From NCBI RefSeq assembly GCF_006345805.1, contig NC_042999.1, positions 5,022,001-5,086,000 on the forward strand: a stretch of DNA of 64,000 nucleotides. The letters are read 5' to 3'. Origin of the DNA: Octopus sinensis (Eukaryota). Under the pieces are notes generated by a model. It was not told the origin of the DNA and did not search any database. It worked only from the letters and a program-made list of their open reading frames with translations. This document shows positions 1-11,900 of this stretch, piece by piece; the first letter of the stretch is position 1, and every line of letters starts with the position of its first letter. A program made the position numbers and the translations under genes.

Positions 1-89
1 TGTTTCCATTATTTTGTTCAACCCCTGTATATATAAATACATAATCTGTGTGTGTGTGCATGCGTGCGTGCTTGTGTAATATATGTAAA

Positions 90-2640
90 ATTTATTTAGC
101 CAGAGGGGAAGCAGATAAGAAAAAATTTGCCAATGTTCTGCGCCGTGAGGACCAAAGACTGGAGGTGTTTCGTGTTGCAAGACAGTGTGTGAGAGAGAAT
201 CGTGATGTGGTAGGAGAGAAGTGTGTTCGCATGGAAGATGGTTCACTTGCGCTAAATGAGGATGCGAAGAGAGAGGTTTGGAGATGCCACTATGAAAGGT
301 TGCTGAATGAAGAAAATGAATGGGATAAAGAGAGTCTGCCGAATGTTGACCCAACAGAGGGACCAGCTATCCGAGTTGATAGTTCTGTGGTAGCTAAGGC
401 AATTAGAAGCATGAAGACAGGGAAAGCCCCAGGCCCATCAGGAATCACTGCAGAGATGCTCAAAATGTCTGGTAGTGTCGGCTATAGCCTAGTCACCCAT
501 ATAGTTAATCAGGTGATACACAAAGGGGTCATACCCAATGACTGGTGTAGCAGTATAATAGTCAACTGCTACAAAGGTAAAGGTGATGCCCTAGATACAA
601 ATAACTACAGAGGTATCAAGCTGTTGGACCAGGTGATGAAGGTTACGGAGAGGGTCATAGCCCAACTAATTAGAGAGAGAGTTAGTTTAGATGAGATGCA
701 GTTTGGGTTTGTGCCAGGGAAAAGTACTACTGATGCTATATTCCTGGTAAGGCAGCTGCAGGAGAAATACCTAGCCAAAGATAAGCCCCTGTACCTGGCT
801 TTTGTTGACATGGAGAAAGCCTTCGACAGGATCCCCCGATCCCTTATCTGGTGGGCAATGAGAAAACTAGGGATAGATGAATGGTTAGTGAGAGCTGTGC
901 GGGCCATGTATAGGGACGCCGCTAGTAGGGTGAGGGTTGGAAATGAGTACAGTGAAGAATTCCGGGTAGAGGTAGGGGTCCACCAAGGCTCAGTACTCAG
1001 CCCCCTCCTATTTATCATAGTCCTCCAGGCAATAACGGAGGAATTCAAGACAGGATGCCCTTGGGAGCTCCTCTATGCTGATGACCTTGCTCTAATTGCT
1101 GAGTCGCTATCAGAACTGGAGGAGAAGTTTCAGGTGTGGAAACAAGGATTAGAATCGAAGGGCCTCAGAGTCAATCTAGCTAAAACCAAAGTCGTAATCA
1201 GTAGGAAGGTAGACAAATCACAAACACCTTCAGGTAGATGGCCCTGCTCGATCTGTAGAAAAGGTGTAGGTAGAAACTCTATAAGATGCACCAAGTGTAA
1301 GCTATGGACACATAAGAGATGCAGCAATGTCAAAGGAAGGCTAACTAGGAAGATGGTTTTTGTATGTGGCAGATGCTCAGGAACAATAAACACTGAAAAT
1401 GCTCTGAGACCAACTTCCGTCACTTTCCAGGGAGAAAAACTAGAAATAGTTGATAGTTTCCGTTACCTAGGTGACCAAGTCAGCAGCGGGGGCGGGTGTG
1501 CTGAAAGTGTAACTGCTAGAGTAAGAATAGCTTGGGCAAAGTTCAGAGAGCTCTTACCTCTGCTGGTGACAAAAGGCCTCTCGCACAGAGTGAAAGGCAG
1601 ACTGTATGATGCGTGTGTACGAACAGCCATGCTACATGGCAGTGAAACATGGGCCGTGACTGCTGAGGATATGCGTAAGCTCACTAGAAATGAAGCCAGT
1701 ATGCTCCGATGGATGTGTAATGCCGGTACTCACACTCGGCAGAGTGTAAGTACCTTGAGAGAAAAGCTGGACCTAAGAAGCATCAGTTGTGGTGTGCAAG
1801 AGAGACGTTTGCGCTGGTATGGTCATGTGGCGAGAATGGATGAAGATAGTTGTGTGAAAAAGTGCCATACCCTAGCGGTTGAGGGAACCTGTGGAAGAGG
1901 CAGACCCAGGAAAACCTGGGACGAGGTGGTGAAGCACGACCTTCGAACTTTAGGTCTCACTGAGGAAATGACTAGAGACCGAGACCTCTGGAAGTGTGCT
2001 GTGCGCGAGAAGACCCGGCAGGACAAGTGAGTCCACAACCCGTGGCCTTCTACATGGGATGGAGCCAGCCTACGTATGCATACCTTCCCTTCTTGGGACA
2101 CAAAACTCTACTTGTGAAGACGTGTTGAGGCAAGTGAGGATCAGAATCGAAATCGATCAATGGAAATTGCGGATGTGCTACCAGTGCCGGTGGCATGTCG
2201 AAACTGTGCTTGTAAAGACCCATTGAGGCAAGTGAGGATCAGAATCGAAATCGATCAATGGAAATTGATCAATGGAAATTGCAGATGTGTTACCAGTGCC
2301 GGTGGCATGTAAGAGAACTTTCCGTTTCGCGACCGTTGCCAGCACCGCCCCGTTTCGTGTCCGTTGCCAGCCTCGCCTGGCCCTCGTGCCGGTGGCACAT
2401 AAAAAGCACCATCCGTTCGTGGCCGTTTGCCAGCTCTGTCTGGCACCAGTGCGGGTGGCACGTAAAAAGCACCCACTACACTCACGGAGTGGTTGGCGTT
2501 AGGAAGGGCATCCAGCCGTAGAAACACTGCCAGATTTGAATGGGCCTGATGAAGCCTTCTGGCTTCACAGACCCCAGTAGAACCGTCCAACCCATGCTAG
2601 CATGGAAAACGGACGCTAAATGATGATGATGATGATGATG
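90..2640 (+). mobile_element. RTE-clade non-LTR retrotransposon, 5'-truncated, with uninterrupted RT ORF, ~600-nt 3' UTR and (GAT)n tail
   Basis: ORF 48-2030 (first ~15 aa are read from the flanking TG microsatellite). RT motifs QFGFVPGKSTTDAIF, FVDMEKAFDR, GVHQGSVLSPLLF, LLYADD, FRYLG; Cys/His finger; C-terminal RLRWYGHVARM and RGRPRKTW. No endonuclease domain present. Confidence 0.93.
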
Positions 2641-5600
2641 ATATGGATTCCTAGAATCGAGTGGCTATCACACAGTTGAAGCATTGGTGTAACTATGATG
2701 TTCTGCTGACCTGATGAGCCAGCTTTGTTTATCTGCCTTGATTCGTAAATATATAATTCTATTGTACAATGCATAGCATGCATATTATGCAAACCTAATT
2801 TATTAAACACCAAAATTATTATTACATGATGAAGGCTGCGAAACAGCTGTGATCCTAAGGAGAACAAATGGTTGAATAGAATATACATTCACCTCTCATA
2901 CCTCCTGACTTGTTATGGTTTATACATATAGGAGGGGTATCTGGCCAGAAAAACCCTACCAAAACAGACACAGTAGCCTGGTATAGTCTTCTACCAGGCC
3001 AGCTCCTGCCAAACCATCCAACCCATGCCAGCATGGAAAACAGACGTTAAATGATGATGATGATGATGATATATGTATGAATGTATGCATGTATACACAC
3101 ACACATACACATCTATGTATATTTGTGATTGTAAAACAATTTTTTTTAATTAAAAAAAATATTCATATCCATATGGCACATTAAAAAACACCATTCGAGT
3201 GTGATCGTTACCTGCGTCACCTAACTAGCACTTGTGCTGGTGGCACATGAAAAAATATTCGAGCGAGGTCGTTTGCCAGTGCCACTGGACTTGCTCCTGT
3301 GCAGGTGGCACATAAAAAGCACCATTTGAGCATGGTCATTGCCAGTACTGCCTGACTGGACCTCATGCCAGTAACATGTAAAAGCACCCACTACCCTCTC
3401 GGAGTGGTTGGCGTCAGGAAGGGCATCCAGCTGTAGAAACATTGCCAGATCAAGATTGGAGCCTGGTGCAGCCATCTGGTTCGCCAGTCCTCAGTCAAAT
3501 CGTCCAACCCATGCTAGCATGGAAAGCGGATGTTAAATGATGATGATGATCATCATCATCATAAATGATATAAAATTCTGTTTGAAATAAGAGATTAGTG
3601 CAGAATTACCAATATTCTCTGAGAACAAACCAGCCAGAAGCCGATTCCTTTATTACTCAGGTAGAATCCGTTATCCTTCTACTAAATAACAACTTCTCTA
3701 ATGATATTGATAAACACCCACCTATTGATATAAACTGATATAATCAAGTCATCAATACTGTTTTGCTTTGTTTGTTTTTTTTTGTTATTTTCATATCTGA
3801 TTGTTTACATCTGATTGTTAAAGAGCTTCATCTGGGTCAACGAGTGATAAGTTCTGTTTGTTTTCTGGGCTGTTCGTGAATTTCTCAAATCCAGATACAC
3901 AAAGAGCCATCCATGGAACTGATAAACCGACACTAATGATGGCACTACATGTGTACACACGGATCTACTCACACAATCAACAACCACATGCATGCATGCA
4001 TGCACATGCACACGAGCGTATGCACACAGATCTCTTACACAACAAAACAACACTAAACCTCTGTAACTTCACATCTGAACATTTACATATATCCAGACAA
4101 GTCAGTAATATATCAGATAAATACTTTTCAAATCCATTGTCTCTCTCTTTAATCTGATTCAAATGAATACAACAACCGCATCATCACCATCATCATTTAA
4201 CACCCATCTTCCATGCTCACATAGATTGGACAGTTGAACAGGATGCAATGAGTCAGACGATCACTGCTTTCTAAGCATGCATAGCTACCATTGTAATTAA
4301 TCAATATGCTAAATTAAACAGTAAATAAAGAAAGAACATAATTGGTGCATTGTATGTCTATCTCCACTGCTGCCACTACCACCATTGGATACCAATCTTC
4401 CATGCTGACAAAGGCTGGATGGTTTTACAGGATCTAATGGGTCCAAGAACCGCATCATACTCCAGTTGGTCAGCTTTAGCAATAATTTCTATGGTTGGAT
4501 GCCCTTTCTAACACTAACCACTTTACAAGAGTGGCAGGAGTGGCTGTGTGGTAAGTAGCTTGCTTACCAACCACATGGTTCCGGGTTCAGTCCCACTGCA
4601 TGGCACCTTGGGCAAGTGTCTTCTGCTATAGCCTCGGGCCGACCAAAGCCTTGTGAGTGGATTTGGTAGACGGAAACTGAAAGAAGCCCGTCGTATATAT
4701 GTATCTGTATATATGTGTGTGTGTGTGTGTTTGTGTGTCTGTTTTTGTCCCCCCAACATTGCTTGACAACCGATGCTGGTGTGTTTACGTCCCAGTAAAT
4801 TAGCGGTTCGGCAAAAGAGATCGATAGAATAAGTACTAGGCTTACAAAGACTAAGTCCTGGGGTCGATTTGCTCGACTAAAAGGCGGTGCTCCAGCATGG
4901 CCACAGTCAAATGACTGAAGCAAGTAAAAGAGAGTGTATTGGATGCTTTTTATTGTGAGCCTGCCATGCAGTTTGCAAAATCTAAGGTCCCTTTTGACGA
5001 AGTGGGGTTATATTAGGGAGGGCAGCATCTTTATGCTAGAAGGGACTAAAGCAGTGATTCTCAACCATTTTTTAACCTATGGACCCCTTTGATTGCTATT
5101 TTACTCATGTCGACCCCTAAGGGTCATATAGACCCCAGTTGAGAACTGTTGGGTTAAAGTACGAGAGAAGGGACCAAAACAGAACAGGTGTAGAGGAGCT
5201 ATATGGCTACTCACATTTCAGAAGAAAAGGTGGGAGTTGCCAAGGTGAATACTCAATGAACAAAGGGAGCAGAGATGAGTGGGGACAGGAGAACTGGAGG
5301 TGTATGTGGGTAGGGCTTGTTTATCATCATCATCATCATCCTTATTTAATGTCTGTTTTCTATGCTGGCATGGGTTGGACTGTTTAACAACAGCTGGTAA
5401 GGCCAGGAGCTGCACCAGGCTCCATTGTCTGTTTTTTTTACATGGCACCAGCACCAGTGCTTTTCACGTGGTACCATCGTCAGTGCTTTTTAAGTGGTAC
5501 AAGTACCAAAGGGTCACCATGTACCCTACAAGAAAAAAAACCCTCGACTAGGAGAGGGGAGTAGTATTGAGGGTGTGTGGCTTTGTATTAGTTGAGAGAT

Positions 5601-5858
5601 TTAAGGTAAAGAGGGAACAGATAAGGGTGTCTTGCTGTAGGGTAGATACATGGATACCCCAGTTGGAAAAGGAAGGAGAATGAGTTGGGGAGTAAGGTAT
5701 AGAGTGATAATGAGAAAGATGAGGGCAGAAATGTGTCAGGACATGTCCTCAAGGGACACTGGGTGTAAAATTACAAATAAACTGCAGTTTGATGAGAAAT
5801 GGCCAATGAATAACAATTATAAGAAAGAAAGAAGAATTTTCTTCAAGGGTCAGCTTAC

Positions 5859-5960
5859 CATTTTTTCCTTTATGTTTTCTTTCTGTGTCATTTGAATTAA
5901 AGAATCAAAGAGGCGTGGCAGAGAAGAAAGCAGCAGGGCACATGTTTCACCATAACCTCC
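5859..5960 (-). CDS. HACE1: HACE1 coding exon 10 ([34 protein letters not shown])
   Basis: Acceptor ttcaattgtag, donor gtaagc; 102 nt; phase 0-0. Confidence 0.92.
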
Positions 5961-8900
5961 CTACAATTGAACAAACATTTAATTACTGTCAGTCATGTGG
6001 GTTTCAAATTTTGGCACAAGGCCAGCAATTTCAGGGGATTGGGGTGAGTGCTCAACTGGTACTCATTTTGTCAAACCCGAAAGGATGAAAGGCAAAGTCA
6101 GACTCCAACAGAATTTGAACTCAGAACATAAGGACAGACGAAATTCCACTAAGCATTTCGCCCAATGTGCTGGTGATTCTCCAGCTCACCACCTTATTAC
6201 GGTCAGTCATTTTGGTTCACTGTTACAAAGATTATGTCAATACATTACACAAGGCGCAGGAGTGGCTGTGTGGTAAGCAGCTTGCTAACCAACCACATGG
6301 TTCCGGGTTCAGTCCCACTGCGTGGCACCTTGGGCAAGTGTCTTCTGCTATAGCCCTGGGCCGACCAATGCCTTGTGAGTGGATTTGGTAGACGGAAACT
6401 GAAAGAAGCCTGTCGTATATATGTATATATATATATATGTATGTGCGTGTGTGTTTGCGTGTCTGTGTTTGTCCTCCTAGCATTGCTTGACAACCGATGC
6501 TGGTGTGTTTGCGTCCCTGTCACTTAGCGGTTCGGCAAAAAAAAGAGGCCGATAGAATAAGTACTGGGCTTACAAAGAATAAGCCCCAGGGTCGATTTGC
6601 TCGACTAAAGGTGGTGCTCCAGAATGGCCGCAGTCAAATGACTGAAACAAGTAAAAAGAGTAAAAGAGAGAGGAAGGCATCATGTGTGTGCATGCGAGCC
6701 CACATGGACATTGTGTGTGTGTGAAGAATAACCTGTTTCTTTACTACCCACAAGGGGCTAAACATAGAGGAGACAAACAAGGACAGACAAAGGGATTAAG
6801 TCGATTACATCGACCCCGGTGCGTAACTGGTACTTAATTTATTGACCCCAAAAGGATGAAAGGCAAAGTCGACCATGGCGGAATTTGAACTCAGAACGTA
6901 ACGGCAGACGAAATACGGCTACGCATTTCGCCCAGCATGCTAACGGTTCTGCCAGCTCGCCGCCCTGTGTGTGAAGAATAATCAATCTAGTGCACAAGTA
7001 GTCAGGGTCCCAGCACATAGTTTATAAGTGCTACGAAAGTAGGTGTTGAAAAGATTTCTTCTCGTGAAATATGTCCCCCATACAAAATGTATTTCAATAG
7101 AAATTTAGATTCAAGAAACGAATAGCAAAAAAAAACTAAATACAATAATTTTGCATTGATTTACCTCAACCGTGACATCAAGGGGAGTCCTACCCTTTTT
7201 ATCAGGCAAAAACTTAGCTCCTCGATTCAGTAAGATGAAAGCTGTATCTCTTTGTCCATGGCTACAAAATATGAGAAACATACATTAATAAACAACCTGT
7301 GTTTCTTTCAATTACTTTAAATATAACAAAGAATTTAGTAAAATAACTTAGTTATCATTAAGCTAGTGTTAGGAACACAAATTGTGACTAAGGTTTGGTG
7401 GAAGATTTTAATCCAAAACTTATGAAAACAAAACATTTGTACTACAAAACCAGAAGTGGTTTCAGCTGGGTTGCTAACAAAAGGGTTAAAATATCATGGA
7501 GACTTTAACCCTTTCGTTACCGTATCTATTTTGAGATGATCTGTGATTCTTTCAATTAATTTTAAATATAACAAAGAATTTAGTAAAATAACTTAGTTAT
7601 CATTAAGCTAGTGTTAGGAACATAAATTGTGACTAAGGTTTGGTGGAAGATTTTAATTCAGAACTTATGAAAACAAGACATTTGTACTACAGGGCCAGAG
7701 GCAGTTTCTGCCAGGTTGGTATCGAAAGGGTTAAGTCAATGAATTAACAATTACCTGCAAGCAAAATGTAATGGAGTTGAACCAAAATGATTAGATCTGT
7801 TTATATCTGAGCCATTGTCTAATAAACACACCACTATCTGAAAAATAAAATGCAAAAAAATAAAGAAAACTGTTATAATATTTACTGATGATGAAAAATT
7901 GATGTTAAAACTCCCTCCTCAAATCTGGAATATTCTCTACCTTTTATCTTTTAATTGTTTCAAGCACCATCTTGAAGAATACAAATCAACCACAGGACTT
8001 TGCTTTTCTTTCTAAGCCTGGTACATATTCTATCAGTCTTTTTGCTGAACTGCTACGTAATGGGGATATAAACACACAAACACTGGTTGTCAAATGATGG
8101 CTGGGGGACAAACACATACACACACATATATATATATATATACATACAACAGGCTTCTTTCGGTTTCCGTCTATCAAATCTACTCACAAGGCTTTTGTTG
8201 GCCCAAGGCTATATAGTAGCAGGTTTCAAATTTTGGCACAAGGCCAGCAGTTTCAAAGAGTGTTAAGTCTATTACATCAACCCCAGTATTCAACTGGTAC
8301 CCATTTTATCAAACTTGAAAGGATGAAAAGCAAAGTTGACCTTTGTGGAACTTGAGCTCAAAAATGCCACAAAGCATTTTGCTCAGCACAGTTATAATAA
8401 TAATAATGAAATTATTGTATACAGGGCTCAGGTGCACCACAACTTGTCAGAAAGTGCATATAAAGTACATGCAGTAATGTACAAATATATGGGAAGTGGA
8501 CAGTGTATGAGTCAGATACATGCTTGTGTGTGTATGGAGGGGAGAAAATCAGGTGTAGTGTTGGCGAATCTCAGGAAGCATGGAAGTTTTGAAGGATGCA
8601 GTGATCCGACAACTAACAACTGATGCTGGCAGTTTGTTCCATGCTTCAGCAACTCTCAGTGTGAAAAAATGTTTCCTAAAGTCATGGGAGCTGTGCTGTT
8701 TTCTGACTTTGTAAATATGTCCACGGGTGTTAGACGGGTGGAGTTATGATCTTGCCAGCTCATCACCTTATCACTTATTTGATAATGACAAAGTTATTTT
8801 ACTATCCTGAACGCCTTACTTCCCTGGGCATGGACACATTGAAACTCCGACGTCTGGCAGCTGACTTGGCAGACACCCATAAAATTATCAACCATCGCAC

Positions 8901-11900
8901 AAACAATAACTCTGAGCACCTCTTCAAACTCCACCCATCTAACACCCGTGGACATATTTACAAAGTAAGAAAACAGCACAGCTCCCATGACTTCAGGAAA
9001 CATTTTTTCACGCTGAGAGTTGCTGAAGCGTGGAACAAACTGCCGGCATCAGTTGTTAGTTGTCGGAGCACTGCATCCTTCAAAACTTCCATGCTTCCTG
9101 AGATTCGCCAACACTACACTTGATTTTCTCCCCTCCATACACACACAAGCATGTTCACTTTCCAGACATTTCTACATTACTACATGTACTTTATATGCAC
9201 TTTCTGACAAGTTGTGGTGCACCTGAGCACTGTATACAATAATTTCATTATTATTATTATTATTATTTAAATACAGGGATACCTCACAGTATGAGCTTAA
9301 TTCGTTCCCTGACTGAGCTCATCTTACGATTTACTTGTTTTACAAAGCAATTCTCCCCATTGAAGTTAACTAAAATATAATTAATCCGTTCCAGCCCCCC
9401 AAAACCATTAAAAAATAATTTTTTATGGGTTTTAAAACAGAAAAAGGTCTGGTTACAAGTAAAATGACAATTATGAAAAAGAGAATGCAAAAGAAATATG
9501 TAAACTGGTTTTTATTAACTGAATTACCTTAAAGATGGGATGATTTGTGTGCTTGTACTCTTTTACTTGTTTCAGTCATTTGACTGTGGCCATGCTGGAG
9601 CACCGCCTTTAGTTGAAGAAATCAACCCCTGAACTTATTCTTTGTAAGCCCAGTACTTATTCACAGACACACAAACATATACACACACATACATATATAT
9701 ATATACATATATACGACGGGCTTCTTTCAGTTTCTGTCTACCAAATCCACTCACAAGGCTTTAGTCAACCTGAGGCTATAGTAGAAGATACTTGCCCAAG
9801 GTGCCACGCAGTGGGATTGAACCCAGAACCATGTGGTGGGTAAGCAAGCTACTTACCACACAGCCCACCTCTGCAGATTTCTGCCAGTACTTCAAGCCAA
9901 AAACTCACACAAGTCTTGGTTCATACAACAAATTACTTATACAATGGGACACTCGTACTGCGAGGTTCTACTGTGCTTCAAAAATAATTGCCAGGAGAAA
10001 TTTGCTAACAAAAAGGCTAATATCTGTGGGACATTAAGACACAAACATGAGACATAGGAGGTGGAGGAGTGGAGGAAGAGGAGGAGAAGAGAGAGAGGGG
10101 GGATTTTTAGCTTTAATAAGACCATGACAAAGTTACAAAGACAAGATGAACACAGAAAGTAAAACTTATAACAACATTAGACAGAAAGAAGACATCAGAG
10201 AAAAGTAAAGATGAGAATAAACGTGAAAAACGACTTGTAAGAGAGAGAGAGAGACATTGGTACTGACCGAGTTGTGTCCATTCTGACATGCCACATGAAT
10301 TGCTGTTTGACCTTGGCTATCCTATAAGAATAATAATAATAATAATAATAATAACAATGATAATAATAATAATAAAATAGAGGTAACTCGAATGTGGAAT
10401 CTAAAAACAGAAACAATTCTTATCATAGAAGGTGCATTAGGCATGATGAAAAAAATATTCAGACAAATACATAACAAAATCACCAGGATTGAAATTTTGA
10501 GGGAGGGGGAAATCGATTACATAGACCCTAGTGTGTGACTGGTACTTATTTCACTAAGAAGAGTTGATTGAAGCAGAGTTGTATACAATTCTATTTAGAA
10601 TGTCTGTGTACACTCAAATGTGGGAAGATCTCTGCTGCTACCATTGTCTCAGGAGAGAATTCTCTTTGGAGATAATAAAGGCAATGCATGAGTAAGAACA
10701 GACCATTGGGCCATGAATGATATCACTGGACCGTAGAACATGTGGTTAGGGGTCATTATACTTCATGTACCTGTAATTCAAAGGGCTAGTCTTGTTACAT
10801 TCTGTACTATACTGAATCTCCCTGAGAACTACATGAAGGGAATGCGTGTCTGTGGAGTGCTCAGCCACTTGATAATTTCATGAGCAGGCTGTTCCATTGG
10901 TCGGTTCAGCTGGAACTGTCATCGTTGTAACCAACAGAAGGCCAGTTTTTTAACGCTTCATCAACTACAAACACCAAATCTGTTGTTCGCAGACCACCAA
11001 GAACTGCTGTTCTTATAGATAAGCGGCAAAGAATAAATTTGCTGTTGATGTTTGTTTGTTTGTTGAGCGAAGCGGTGTTCGTCCCAGAGCTCGCAAGATC
11101 GCACCTCAGGATTGTCTGTAGAAGTCCGAAAGCAGAAGAGAAAGCAGGTCAACCCCCGACACCGAGAGCATCGACGGATGGATGAATGCGCATCCAGGCT
11201 CAGCGGTTGCGTAGGAAGTTGGGGACAAGAAACAGGAAGAAAGAGTGAGAGAAAGTTGGAACGAAAGAGTACAACAGGGGTCACCACAACCCCCTGTCGG
11301 AGCCTCATGGAGCTTTAGGTGTTTTCGCTCAATAAACACACACAATGCCCGGTCTGGGAATCAAAACCGCGATCCTCCGACCGCTAGTCCGCTGCCCTAA
11401 CCACTGGGCATTGCGCCTCCACTGCTGGTGATGTTCCTTGACTATGGTGGGATATGTGTTTCTTTAGAACTTTCTTAACTGGCATCCATGCTAGTGGAGC
11501 GCTAAGAGTACCGTACGAGTGAGATCGTTGCCAGAGCAACAAGCTGGCCTTCATGCTGATGGCATATTAAACACACACCATTCGAGCATGATCATTACCG
11601 CGTCGCCTTACTAGCACTTGTGTTGGTGGCACGTGAAACATTCGAGTGAGGTTGTCGCCAGTGCCGCTAGAATGGCTCCTGTGCAGGTGGCACATAAAAA
11701 GCACCATTTGGGCATGGCCATTGCTAGTACCACCAAACTGGCCCTCATGCCGGTGGTACGTAAAAGGACCCACTACACTCTCGGAGTGGTTAGCGTTAGG
11801 AAGGGCATCCAGCTGTAGAAACTCTGCCAAATCAAGATTGGAGTTTGGTGCAGCCATCTGATTCGCCAGTCCTCAGTCAAATCGTCCAACCCATGCTAGC

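Noticed and set aside
48-95. Start of the 660-aa ORF (MCVCMRACL...)
   Set aside because: Read from the flanking TG microsatellite; the element is 5'-truncated, so this is not a real start.
2540-2570. CTGATGA-AGCC-TTCT-GGCT, resembling a hammerhead core plus stem II
   Set aside because: No GAAA follows; it is a mutated form of the RTE-UTR sequence CCTGGTGCAGCCTTCTGGCT.
3800-3960. Minus-strand FISSMDGSLCIW(D)LRN, WD40-like
   Set aside because: Needs a frameshift, is a single short motif, and has no supporting neighbouring repeats or splice signals.
1-5858. Next HACE1 exon (expected to resemble LRQVLEHL...LAEVATTNGHKLL)
   Set aside because: No matching exon found by eye; probably lies beyond position 1, leaving the RTE at 90-2640 intronic.
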